From Octopus bimaculoides (Eukaryota), in NCBI RefSeq assembly GCF_001194135.2, contig NC_068983.1:99826425-99890424 (forward strand): DNA of 64,000 nucleotides. Reading direction: 5' to 3'. The notes beneath the pieces were generated by a model, which did not search any database, was not told where the DNA came from, and worked only from the letters and a program-made list of their open reading frames with translations. Shown one piece after another: positions 36,632-48,632 of this stretch; within the stretch, counting starts at the first letter, position 1, and every line of letters starts with the position of its first letter. Made by a program: the position numbers and the translations under genes.

Positions 36632-37608
36632 AACACACTCATACTATTTATTTAAGTAGAAAAAATCTTCACAGGACCATTCATTAAACAGTTGTAATGA
36701 TAAATTAAAAATTCTGTGGGTACATAAAATATAATATATAATATAATATAACATTATACAATATATTCATTACAGTTTAAGGAATAAGCAATTGAATTTG
36801 CTTGGGTATCTAATTTCCAAGAAATAATGGTGTGGGTAGGCTGTTAGAGGGTTAAACCCAAATGGTAGAATAAACAATAACTAATAACTGAATATAAAAA
36901 AATAGTGTTAAATGGAGTAAAAATGTCATAATATATCCAGAAATAGGAATTGCAAATAATTAAAAGGAATTGCAAAATAGGTATTTAAAAGTTGAAATTA
37001 TAATAAAAGATTTAAATACGAGCAGTAGATGAGAAATTAAGTAAGTAAAAAGAATACAAAAATATATAACACCACAAATAAAAGAAAGAAGAAATGATAG
37101 CAATATTAGGTAGAAGCAAAGTAAAAGGCTAACAATAGAAAAAAAGGGGGAGGGAGAAGAAGAAATAAAGCAATAGATTGAAGAGAACAAGACAGAAAAA
37201 GATAATATAGGATGTATAAGAGTGGTGGGGAGAAAGAGATTAGTTTAACGTTATGCAACATAAAATCTGATACATTATTTACATTTGATGGATATTTGTC
37301 CTCATCTTGTTTGTTGCTAACACGTTTCAGCTAATATACCCTCCAGCCTTCATTAGGTGTCTTGGGGAAATTTCGAACCAGGGTTCTCATTCCTAAGGTA
37401 TTTTTTTTTTTGTCGTCATCGTTGTTGTTTTTATTATTATTATTATTCAGGTCACTGCCTGGGATCAAACTCGGAATCTTGGGGTTAGTAGTCTGCGCTC
37501 TTAACCACTACACCATATGGCCATGGGCATATGATGTAGTGGTTAAGAGCACAGGCTACTGACTCCAAGATTCTGAGTTTGATCCCAGGCAGTGATCTGA
37601 ATAATGGT

Positions 37609-37610
<2 letters not shown>

Positions 37611-37667
<57 letters not shown>
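37611..37667. repeat. (AAT)n tract inside the palindromic element
   Basis: Direct reading. Confidence 0.95.
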
Positions 37668-37669
<2 letters not shown>

Positions 37670-37722
37670 GCAACATAAAAAAATACCTTAGGAATGAGAA
37701 CCCAGGTTCGAAATTTCCCCAA

Positions 37723-37766
37723 GACACTTGATGAAGGCTGGAGGGTATTTCAGCTGAAACGTGTTA
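37723..37766 (+). ncRNA. Degenerate minimal type I hammerhead-ribozyme-like motif
   Basis: GACAC-TTGATGA-A-GGCTG(loop)CAGCT-GAAAC-GT-GTT; stems I and II pair, but C3 is replaced by T. Confidence 0.5.
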
Positions 37767-38159
37767 ACAATAAACAAGATAAGGACAAATATCCGTCAAA
37801 TGTAAATGTACATAATTCCTCATCTCTTAAATATGGAACGATAAAATCTGATGTAATGAACGTCATATATCAAAGATCACTGAAATGGTGGTGGTGGCCT
37901 GAAAGTTGATATGAACAGATAGGCAAAAGACAGAAAGAGTAAGATTAATAATAATAGAGAAAGCTTAAGAGAATAATGTACAAACACACATACACAGTAG
38001 AAAATGTAAATGAAAAAATATATGTACATAAGAAAATATATGTCATAAAAATGCATCTGCATCTAAATGCTCACGCAAATATGTATTTGTACATACTTAT
38101 TAATACATATAAGGTATACATACATATATGAAAATATATATACAAACATACATCTATAT

Positions 38160-38492
38160 AAAGTCCCCTTTGGTCATGAATGACCATGGGATTGCACCTA
38201 GAAAGTTCCCCTCTAAGGCATAAGTCTGAGCAAGGTTGTTTATAGAAGACCAGTAGTTGCCCATGCATACCAGCCACCCATCTGCATACCACTGATGTTA
38301 TCCAAGGAAAAGGCAAAGGCTGAGACAGCTTGAAACTAGTGGTGTTGTAACTCTTTTCTACAGCAGAGTAACTAGAGGATCATGAAATAAAGTGTTTTGC
38401 TCAAGAACACAACACATAGCCTGGTCCAGGAATCAAACTCACTAACTCATGATTGTGAGCCCGACACTCTAACCACTGATCCATGTGCCTTC
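38160..38492 (-). mobile_element. tRNA-derived SINE family B
   Basis: Reverse complement homologous to 50548-50874. Confidence 0.8.
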
Positions 38493-39263
38493 AACATCTA
38501 TACACACACACATGCCCAAATATATAGAATATATAGATACATGCAAAACAACATACAAATATACATAAAAACCGTTTAAATATGTACACATGAAGTATAT
38601 ATACATGCCCACAAAATGTTTATATAATTCATAGAAATAGGTAAGTATGTCAAACATGCAAACAAGAAACTGACGAAGAGAGAAAAGCAAGTTGTGTATA
38701 GAGATAAGAGTAATTTAGGATGAGTTAAAAATTATAAATAGTTAAAATATAGTAAATATTAAAGATTAAATTTCTCTGTAAGATTGGTGGCTATTGAAAG
38801 CTTCACAGGTTTAGTATACTAGTTTTATGAAAAAAATATGATTTTATAAAGACCTAAATTTCTAGCAATAGCATACAAAACACAAAAATAAAATATAGAA
38901 AAAAGAAATGAATAGAACTTGCAATACCTTCAGAAATACACAATTATATTAAAATAATGACAATAAAAAATTTTTTCTGGTCTTGAACTTAAAATATACA
39001 TATGTAAAATGATTGGGAAAAGCCATGGATAAAATGCATTGTATAGACTGACAAAAAAATAATAATTTAAAACATTCAAAGAGGGAGATAGTTTGTAATA
39101 AAAGTCGATTTTTTATTAAAAAAAAAAAAGGCAGGGAATATGTGATAAAAATGGGGATATATTGTAAAGTCCAAATAGGCAATCCATTTAGAATCATTTG
39201 GCAGCACATAAGGTACCTAGAAGCAGGTCTGCAAAAACCCAGGAGCTCTGTCTTGTGGTTTAA

Positions 39264-39483
39264 CCCTTTAGTCTTTAAACCGGCCATATCTGGCCCAGAT
39301 ATTCTACATGTTTTATATTCAAACTGGCGATATCTAGCCTCTCACACCTAACCTACATTGATATTCTAAAAATAAACAATCACATCATTGAAACCTCAAA
39401 GCTATAAGATAATACATGATTAATTCAAAACAATTTGAGTGAAAAAATATTACATTTGACAGAGTAATCTGAACACTAAAGGG
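39264..39483. mobile_element. piggyBac-type MITE
   Basis: TTAA|CCCTTTAGT ... ACTAAAGGG|TTAA. Confidence 0.8.
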
Positions 39484-39589
39484 TTAATGCATGTTTATCC
39501 TGGAAAAGGATAAAAATCTTCTTACTCAGGTATAATAGACATTTCACTGTGTTCCTATCTAACCCGTGACTGTATGGGGTAGCCTCCTC

Positions 39590-40340
39590 GAATATGGACT
39601 AATAAATTTTAAATGGGAAAGACCCTGCTCCTTTTAATTGCCATACATGTTTGGCCAGGTTCATTGCTGACCTGTTTTCCAGGGACTTGAAGAAATTTCT
39701 ATGTGAATATGATTTCATTTTGAAGCTATTTTCTGTGGAACCTGTGTGTTTTGTACATATTGTTGTTATCCAGCTGAATCTTATCTCTGTATACAATGCC
39801 TTTGATTAAGCAACTTCCATCTAAAGGCAGCTACTTGATCTTTACAATTATATTTTGGATCAGATTCTCCTGTGACACCATTAGTTCTGTTCAGAATGGT
39901 TGTATTATGCTGGTTTATAAACAAGGTGAAGTTTTTGCAACAAGAATAGCTAACCTTTTGTGTTCCTCTATTGAGAATTCTATGATACTTATGACTTGTT
40001 GGAAAATGTCTAGAAACTAGATTTCAAAGTTCCCTACCTACATTGGTTCTAACAGTAATGCTAAAAATTGGATTGTACCACAAAACCTTCCTCGTTTTAG
40101 TTCTACAGGTCCTATTGTGGTTATTTCCATTATCAATATAGTGGATCTTCATTTTGCATAGCATCATCATAATATAGGGAGGCATCATGAAAGACTGCCT
40201 TGTCTGATGACAATGATGAAATGCACTTTCCTATATAGACTTTTGTCAGTAATAAGAAATTAAAGAAATGTGTAAATGTTTGGATGACATCTACAAACAA
40301 ATTGTTGCAATGGACAGATTTCTGCTTGTCAAACAAAAGA
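39590..40340 (-). mobile_element. Penelope-like element relic (RT C-terminus, linker and GIY-YIG endonuclease)
   Basis: ISSLSSDKAVFHDASLYYDDAM; KTRKVLWYNPIFSITVRTNVGR; HFPTSHKYHRILNRGTQKVSYSC; GSTENSFK...NLAKHVWQLK. Confidence 0.8.
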
Positions 40341-40540
40341 AATCTGCTGAATCACAAATAGACCACCATATCTGGCTCACATCACACACTCACATATACC
40401 TTATGATCAACTGGCTATCTACCATTTGTTTTCTTTCTCTACTTTATATCTACAGAGGATTGTTAATTTCCACCTATATACTTGCATAAACCTATTTTAT
40501 GAATCTAATAATATAGTTGCCTTGAAACATACACACTTCT

Positions 40541-40690
40541 ATACATGATGGGCTTCTTTCAGTTTCTGTCTACCAAATCCACTCACAAGGTTTTGATCAA
40601 GGCTATAATAGAAGACATTTACCCAGGATGTTATACAGTGGGACTGAACCCTGAACCATGTGACTGGGAAGCAAACTTTTTATTTCACAC
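40541..40690 (-). mobile_element. SINE family A, 5' half
   Basis: ggcttctttcagtttctgtctaccaaatccactcacaagg. Confidence 0.75.
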
Positions 40691-41179
40691 CCATAAGTGT
40701 ATATGTGTGTATGTCCATGTATGTGTGATTGTGTGTGTGTATTTGAATGTATGTATTTATGTGTGTGTGTGTGTGTGTGTGTGTTAATGTTTCACTTAGG
40801 CATGGCAATACAAGTAACCTGATGTTAGAACTCTATAAACATATGCAGCTGAATAAAGCATTAGTTGAGTACAGAATGCAAAATGAAATTAGATAAATGA
40901 CAAAGGAACAGAAAATCATACAATGAAGTTCATTAGCTTACAGTTGTTTCTGTTATAAGGTGCAATGTGCTTGAAGCTAAGTGCCTGTGCATCACCTCAT
41001 AGCTTCCTTGGAGCTTCCAAAATGAAGTGCAAGTCTACGTTGGAAAACACTTACATATAGAAAAGATCACTGTTGAAAAATATAAAAATACATAAGAAAT
41101 AGAATTTCAAGGATAAAAGCCATGCCCCAAAATATGAAGATTTAGGTAATTTTGTGTATTCATATATATATATAGATAT

Positions 41180-41458
41180 ATAATGGACTGTCCTGTTGAA
41201 GACAACATATGAGTGTTCAGCTTTTACCGAATGACCTGCACAAGTGATTTGTTTATAGTGATCAAATGTTCATACTGTACAATAGTTCGCTCCCTCCATC
41301 AAATCGACGTCTGAACAGGAGCACTGTGTACCATGTGTCAGAGCAATGTGAGATGAAGTGTTTTGCTCAAAAACACAACGCACCACCCAGTCTAGGAATT
41401 AAAATCACGAATGCTAGATCAAGAGTACAACACCCCAACCACTAAGCCATGCACTCTC
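41180..41458 (-). mobile_element. tRNA-derived SINE with a family-B-like head and a different body
   Basis: Shares aagtgttttgctcaa.aacacaac with 38390-38415; A-box-like gcatggcttagtgg on the minus strand. Confidence 0.6.
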
Positions 41459-41764
41459 ATCATATATGTATGTATGTATGTATGTATAAACAAAGTGCAT
41501 GATGAATCTCTGGATAAATAACTATTCATACACATACTTAAAAGATAAACAGAACACTGTACATATGACTAGCCATATGAATCCAGATACAAAAAAGCTA
41601 ATGGACACAGATAGAAAGTGAGAGCATCTAAAATCTAGAAAGAATAAATGAAAAAGCAAAATAGATGAAGAAAGGGCTTGTTATGGTCATAAAACTGTCG
41701 ATGAGATTAACAGATTTAAAGAATCTAGCCAGACTAACAACATACACACATACATATATGTCAT

Positions 41765-42010
41765 CATTGTCATCTTCATCATCATTTAACATCCACTTTT
41801 CCAAGGGTGCAAGGGTCTGACAAAATTTGAGTCAGATTTCATAAGGCCAGAAACCTTACCTATAACCAACCTTCACCTGTTTCCAAGCAAGGTTATATTT
41901 CCCCAGACATGCTCTCACAGAATATTGAAAATTAATGACACTGCTTGTACAACAGAGACACTCATCTACAACTATTACACAGTGTCAAGACAATTAGACA
42001 CAAACACTTA
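41765..42010 (-). mobile_element. Repeat family E (RTE-like tail)
   Basis: catcatcatttaacatccactttt...; homologous to 33960-34200. Confidence 0.5.
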
Positions 42011-42018
42011 CACACTCA

Positions 42019-42061
<43 letters not shown>

Positions 42062-42062
<1 letters not shown>

Positions 42063-42217
42063 CAACAGGCTTTCAGTTTCCCCCTACCAAATCCACTCAC
42101 AAGGCTTTAGTCAGTCTGGGGCTATATTAGAAGACACTTGCCCAAAGTGCCATGCAGTGGGACTGAAATCAGAACCATGTGGTTCAGAAGCAAACTTCTT
42201 ACCACACAGTCACACCT
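42062..42217 (-). mobile_element. SINE family A, 5' half
   Basis: agaagacacttgcccaaagtgccatgcagtgggactgaa. Confidence 0.8.
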
Positions 42218-42404
42218 ATACATATATATAGATATATATCTCCAATATTATCAATATTATAATGTCAGAAGTGCTTGTATGTATTCTTATTTTCAGTCTG
42301 TAACTTTTTGAGACACTTCACTTATTTGGGATGTCCTGCATCTTTAGTTACTCAGTAATCCTGCTTAACCTTTACACGCACGCATATATCTATACACATG
42401 CAGG

Positions 42405-42493
<89 letters not shown>
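42405..42493. repeat. Long (CA)n; (TA)n, (AG)n and (CATA)n tracts follow to ~42950
   Basis: Direct reading. Confidence 0.95.
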
Positions 42494-42626
42494 AAACAGA
42501 AGGTCTTAGAAATTTACTAAAAAATCTTTTTATGAAATAAAATTGACCTTATATTTACATTGATTAAGAGACCCTTCAAATAGATAAGTAGGTAGATAGT
42601 TAGATTTAACAGACTGACAGACAGAC

Positions 42627-42700
<74 letters not shown>

Positions 42701-42912
42701 CAAAAGAAAGAGAAAGAGAGCAAAAGAAAGAGAAAGAGAGAGCAAAAGAAAGAGAAAGATATGAAAAAAAGGAGAATGAGTTCACAAACTTTACTACATA
42801 ATCCAACAAACATTGTTTCCCTTGTATTTAACTTTTTTGAAGTGTATCTTAATGATTATAGCTATAAAGTCAATTACATGTGCATTTGCGTGTACATACA
42901 TACATACATACA

Positions 42913-42946
<34 letters not shown>

Positions 42947-43261
42947 CATACATATGCATGTATATATAAAAAGAACTTTTTTTTCACCCATTCCCTTCTG
43001 GTCATTTTAAAATGTAACTACATCTGGATCGTTGCTGATTTTTTTTCCTCCGTCTTCCTTTTCTCTTGGATTTTCTTTTGTCTCCTGTTTCTAAAGAAAA
43101 GCTTGAAATGTAAAATTACCTTCCTTTCCTTCCCTGAGCGTCTCTTAATACTTTACATGTACCATGTCCTCACGTAGTTGTTTTTTTCTTGTGTTTTTGC
43201 TTTGTTTTTTTAGGGGGATTAACTATATATATATATATATATATAAATATATGTATGTATA

Positions 43262-43460
43262 TATATTCGCCATGATAGATCGCTAGCCACTACACATTCT
43301 TTTTTTCTCTCCTTGTTTCTTTCTGTGTTCCTTTCTGTGGAAGAGCGTAGGCTTGAAACGTTAAGGACTTTTTCACTTCCCGAGCATGATACTAATATAT
43401 CTGTTTATTGTCTACACCACCTGTCATCGTCTTTTGTTTTTTTTTATGAATTCTCCCTAT
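43262..43460 (+). mobile_element. Penelope-like 3'-end repeat with a hammerhead-like motif at 43328-43368
   Basis: TCCTTT-CTGTGGA-A-GAGC(GTAG)GCTT-GAAAC-GTT-AAGGA; second copy at 545-720. Confidence 0.55.
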
Positions 43461-43609
43461 NNNNNNNNNNNNNNNNNNNNNNNNNNNNNNNNNNNNNNNN
43501 NNNNNNNNNNNNNNNNNNNNNNNNNNNNNNNNNNNNNNNNNNNNNNNNNNNNNNNNNNNNNNNNNNNNNNNNNNNNNNNNNNNNNNNNNNNNNNNNNNNN
43601 NNNNNNNNN

Positions 43610-43653
<44 letters not shown>

Positions 43654-43789
43654 GAAGTCTGATCAGTAAGTATCCAGACTGTTGCTATGGTAACGAAGCT
43701 AAAGCACAGTTTAAAAGCTCTTACCAAAGATTGACCTTGACCTCTGCTGTGTATGCAGACTAAGTTTTAACATTCAAGCTCACTTGAAA

Positions 43790-44290
43790 GGAAGGTGTGT
43801 AGCATGTGATCGTTGCATTGACCATGACAGAGAAAGTCGTCATGGTGATACCTGCTCAGAGGCCTATGCAAAGTTGTAGAAAGTGTATGAGCCACACACA
43901 AGTGTATGACTGGTTCAATGTCAATATTTGACAAATGTTCTGAGAGATTCACAACCAGCAGATCAGAGAAGAACATCACAGATGTGCATGCAACTGTGAG
44001 AGGAAATCGTTGAATCACCATCTGTGAATTAGAGGATGTGCAGATTAGTTATGGTTCAGTTCAGTCCATTATCACTGAAGATTTGAATATGAGATGCATG
44101 TCTGCCAAGTTTGTGCCAACACTGCTTTCAGCTGACCAAAAAGACACTCAGGTTTCAGTTGCACAAGATCTTGATTGTGTCAGGAATGATGAAAACTTTT
44201 TGAAAACTTTGCGTAGGCCTCTTTTGGCAAAATTTGATGCAAATCCACTGCTTAACTTTCTCTGTCATGGTCAATGCAACAATCACTTCC
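43790..44290 (+). mobile_element. mariner remnant with an inverted duplication of its 5' part
   Basis: QISYGSVQSIITEDLNMRCMSAKFVPTLL; 43812-43836 is inverted at 44256-44280, where the minus strand reads MTEKVKQWICIKFCQK. Confidence 0.75.
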
Positions 44291-44319
44291 TTCCAGGTCC
44301 TGCTATAAACAGTGGAAGT

Positions 44320-44483
44320 GAGGTAGAATGGAGTGGTTGGTGTTAGGAAGGGCATCCAGCAATAGAAACGAAACCAAAACAGACTATGAAACTTGGTGCG
44401 GATCCTGGCCTTGCCAGTTCGTCTCAAACCATCCAGTCCATACCAGCATTTAAAAACATGTTAAATGTTGATTATTATTGTTA

Positions 44484-44538
<55 letters not shown>

Positions 44539-44540
44539 CA
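44320..44540 (+). mobile_element. RTE-type tail followed by an expanded (TAT)n tract
   Basis: gagtggttggtgttaggaagggcatccagc... Confidence 0.6.
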
Positions 44541-45817
44541 TGATCATCATGATCATCATCGTCATTATTATTATTATTTAATTACTGTTTGATTTGGCTC
44601 CATCATCATCATTATCATCATCGCACAACTTAAAGCTTCGTAAACTCATTGTACGAATCTAACTCATCAAGGATAGTTGACCGAATGGAGAGATGAAGAA
44701 GCTCAAGATGGGCTTATATATATNNNNNNNNNNNNNNNNNNNNNNNNNNNNNNNNNNNNNNNNNNNNNNNNNNNNNNNNNNNNNNNNNNNNNNNNNNNNN
44801 NNNNNNNNNNNNNNNNNNNNNNNNNNNNNNNNNNNNNNNNNNNNNNNNNNNNNNNNNNNNNNNNNNNNNNNNNNNNNNNNNNNNNNNNNNNNNNNNNNNN
44901 NNNNNNNNNNNNNNNNNNNNNNNNNNNNNNNNNNNNNNNNNNNNNNNNNNNNNNNNNNNNNNNNNNNNNNNNNNNNNNNNNNNNNNNNNNNNNNNNNNNN
45001 NNNNNNNNNNNNNNNNNNNNNNNNNNNNNNNNNNNNNNNNNNNNNNNNNNNNNNNNNNNNNNNNNNNNNNNNNNNNNNNNNNNNNNNNNNNNNNNNNNNN
45101 NNATCCCGTCTATATTTTGATCATTATCCTTTGTGTGTGTGTGTGTGCATTTGCCCTGACATGACACAACACTTGTAAACAAGCATCATTGCTTTACAAA
45201 TGGCGTTGTTCATTCCAACCTATGAAAGCAATGTCAGGTCACTTTTCCATGCTTGTATATGTGAGATGGAATTTGTTGAGGAAATTTTTTATGGCTAGAT
45301 GCCCCTCTTGTCGTCGATCCTTTTTTGTTTCTAAGCAAGATAATATTACCCCTTGACAGGATTTGTTTTAATGGAAGATTGGAAATGAATAACACAACCT
45401 GTATGATGGTAATACCCACTTGACAATTACCATGTGATTTCAAGAAGAGGAGGGACACACACACACACACACATGTACATAAATGATGATTGCCATTTCT
45501 TTATAGAAATGCTGTCATGAGATCTCATATGTCTAGTAAGGCTAGACAAACAGACCCTACTTCAAGCAGAAAAGTATTTGGAATTGAAGTCAAGCCAGCC
45601 ACGTAGCCAGCCGATTGCAACTGGGGGTGCTATCTTGATAGCTGGAGGTGCTGAACAGGGGTATGGACAAAAGCCCCTACTTAAAGTGTGAAAGTGGACA
45701 AAAGCCCCATGCTATATTTTTCAGTTATTATTCTTTTTTTCTTTTTCTTTTTTTTTTTTCACATTTCTTGATGCCTAACCTGATCAAAACTTCTGATATA
45801 TTTCGTTTTTATTTTTA

Positions 45818-45905
45818 TTTTACTTGTTGCAATCATTAAACTGAGGCCATGCTGGGGCATCACCTCGAAGAATTTTTAGCCGAATATATCAACTCCAATA
45901 TTTTT
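45818..45905 (-). mobile_element. SINE family A 3' end
   Basis: tttacttgttgcaatcatt...gccatgctggggc. Confidence 0.6.
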
Positions 45906-45949
45906 TTTAATGATTTTCACCAAGCACATAGTTAAGCCTAAAAGGTCTT

Positions 45950-46680
45950 TCTACATGCTAGAGATAACAGCCAAATCTTTAAACACTATTTTTATATAAT
46001 TTCAAATAAACATCGACCACGAAGTTGACAGTGTGTCTTCTCAACAATTCAATGATTTTGTTTTACGTTGCTGCTGAGGTGTAGGTCGCATTTTTTGGAA
46101 TCGTGCTGTAACATTCCATTAGCTTTGTGTCTTTCTCTTATGTGTACAGGAATAATTTCATTTTGCAAAATTGAAGACATGGATGTTGTGGATAAATGCT
46201 GTTGGTGCTCCTTCCATGTTACCATAGCTTAGATATTGGATGCAGAGTTTGCATGCTCATTTAAACCTTTGTTTTTTTCTTTTGCATGATGCCAATTTGA
46301 ATATCCATTTTTAATAAAACAAGTATCAGCTTGAGCAGAAGTATTAAAGTGCCGACAAGCAAAACAAAACAAGGTTTTCTTTGAAAGAGAATACTCTAAC
46401 CATGGGTGACCAGTAGACCAGCTTGACGAGAAGTCATGTCTCTAATTTCCATAAATTTTTGGATCAAACTTTGCTAGAACTGGCTGCATTGGTTGGCAGT
46501 CGACCTGTTTTAGATCATCCAATGAGGGTGTCAAAGACTTTGCAAGACCTCCCTTAAGCTGTGAATCTTCGTTTGCAATTCTCTTCTGTTTAGCATTATT
46601 AGATGAATCAGATTGGAAATTCAGCAATGATTGCTTCAGTTCTCTTTTTTGGTAGTGATTCATTATTTTTGGGCACTGAT
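45950..46680 (-). mobile_element. hAT (ZMYM1-like) transposase N-terminal remnant with a TTF-type zinc finger
   Basis: PKIYGN*RHDFSSSWSTGHPWLEYSLSKKTLFCFACRHF...GYSNWHHA...EHANS. Confidence 0.75.
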
Positions 46681-47287
46681 ATTTGCAATAATGAATTCTA
46701 TAGTAGAATATTGTAGTAAGAGTAACAGTTTCTTAAAATTTATGCACTTTTAAATTAAACTCGTAAGAGATTTCAGTTCAAGCATTTTTTTTTTTTTTTT
46801 CAATTTCTTCAAAGTTATGCTTTTTTAGTTAAACACAAAATAATTTCAGTATAAACTTTGTTCAAAGAGTAAGAAAAATTATTCAGTGAAAGTTCTCACC
46901 TGATAAATACTTTCTGAATGTATATTTTGGGAAATTTCAAAAATTTTCTTTCATTTTTGCGAATAATAATCTTCTCTGATTAATAGAAATAAAATGACTT
47001 TTTAATGTCCGTCTCTGTTCATATATATATATGTGTTTAGTGATGCGTTTACTACCATAAATCTCTAACTACAGCAACAATTCTTCACACACTTTTCCAC
47101 AGCAGCAAGGACAATCACCAGTACTGCCACTGCCACCACAAGCACCACCACCACCACAACAACAACTGACCCAGTGTCACCCACTCCTTAATTCAACCCA
47201 CAGTTGATGACCAAGCCCTCTCCTTCAAACACTGAAACCGACAGAAACAACCATTATATATATATATATATATATATTACTGTTTAC

Positions 47288-47527
47288 CTTTTACTTGTTT
47301 CAGTCATTAGACTGCAGTGGCCATGCTGGGGCACCACCTTGAAGAATTTTTAGTTGAATTTATCAACTGCAGTACTTATTTTTTGTTAAGCCTAGTACTT
47401 AATTTTTCGGTCACACTTGCTGAACCGCTAAGCTGTGGGGTGTAAATGCACAAACACTGGTTGTCAAGTGGTAGTTGGGGGACAAACATGGACAAACACA
47501 CATGCACACACAGACACACAGACACAG

Positions 47528-47559
<32 letters not shown>

Positions 47560-47707
47560 GATGGGCTTCTTTCAGCATCTGTCTTCCAAATCCACTCACA
47601 CAGCTTTGGTTAGTCTGAGGCTAGAGTAGAAGACACTTCCTCCAGGTGCCACATTGTGGGACCCAGAACCATGTGGTTGGGAAGGAAGTTTTTTACCATG
47701 CAGCATG
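47288..47707 (-). mobile_element. SINE family A, full length
   Basis: Complete tail-to-head homology with 2686-3067. Confidence 0.8.
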
Positions 47708-47734
47708 AGTGTGTATGTATCTGTGTAATAAAGT

Positions 47735-47940
47735 ATGTCTGTCATTTTGTTTGTTCCCACCTCCATTGCTTGAGAACCAGTGTTGGGTTGTTTACATCCC
47801 TGTTACTTATCAGTTTGACAATAGAACAAGTACCAGGCAAAAATAGTAAGTGCTAGCGTTCATTTGCTTAACCTAACTCTTGAAAGTGGTGCTCCAGCAT
47901 ATAGCCATAGTTCAATGACTGAATCAAGTAAAAGATAAAA
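47735..47940 (+). mobile_element. SINE family A, 3' half
   Basis: ...ggtgctccagcat...aatgactgaatcaagtaaaagataaaa. Confidence 0.7.
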
Positions 47941-48100
47941 AAATTGTGTGTGTGTGTGTAAGTATATTATATTTGTGTAATACGTGTATATGTGTATGTA
48001 GGTATGTTTCTATGGAAGTACAAATAGAAGAAATGGTACTCAACAAAGCTGATGATTCACTGTCACCACTATGAGTTTTCACTGTTGTGCATTCATTCAG

Positions 48101-48125
48101 GCAACAAGACGATGAACGCATGAAG
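48101..48125 (+). CDS. Weak candidate micro-exon (QQDDERMK)
   Basis: cattcattcag acceptor, aag|gtgaag donor; phase fits 29656 and 55689. Confidence 0.2.
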
Positions 48126-48166
48126 GTGAAGAATTTGGAATAGTGAAGGAATGAATCATTAGCTTC

Positions 48167-48204
<38 letters not shown>

Positions 48205-48373
48205 NNNNNNNNNNNNNNNNNNNNNNNNNNNNNNNNNNNNNNNNNNNNNNNNNNNNNNNNNNNNNNNNNNNNNNNNNNNNNNNNNNNNNNNNNNNNNNNN
48301 NNNNNNNNNNNNNNNNNNNNNNNNNNNNNNNNNNNNNNNNNNNNNNNNNNNNNNNNNNNNNNNNNNNNNNNNN

Positions 48374-48408
<35 letters not shown>

Positions 48409-48423
48409 AACATATACACACAC

Positions 48424-48462
<39 letters not shown>

Positions 48463-48595
48463 TATATATACACACAAGCACACACATATGCACATACATT
48501 TAAACATACATTTATGCACACATGCATGTGTATATGTCTGTGTTTGTATTTGAATGTATTTTTCTATTTGCCTATTTGTCTTTCTCTCTCCCTCC

Positions 48596-48632
<37 letters not shown>

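Larger units (their letters stand above)
37272..37840. mobile_element. Palindromic tRNA-headed, hammerhead-bearing (Penelope-associated) retroelement with 12-bp TSD
   Basis: Spacerless inversion centred at 37523/37524; each arm has A/B boxes, (AAT)n and a hammerhead-like motif. ATAAAATCTGAT occurs at 37260-37271 and 37841-37852. Confidence 0.8.

Noticed and set aside
37524-37600. tRNA-like sequences here and at 4200-4265, 8220-8293, 23283-23350, 50550-50615
   Set aside because: There is no acceptor stem or complete cloverleaf and each continues into a repeat body; they are SINE heads, not tRNA genes.
40925-40960. Possible third hammerhead remnant (minus strand gaaacaactgtaagc)
   Set aside because: No recognisable core or stem II upstream; too degenerate.
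42331-43177. ORFs rich in HT, YI, CV or LS repeats (also at 474, 25003, 47924, 58326)
   Set aside because: They are translations of microsatellites.
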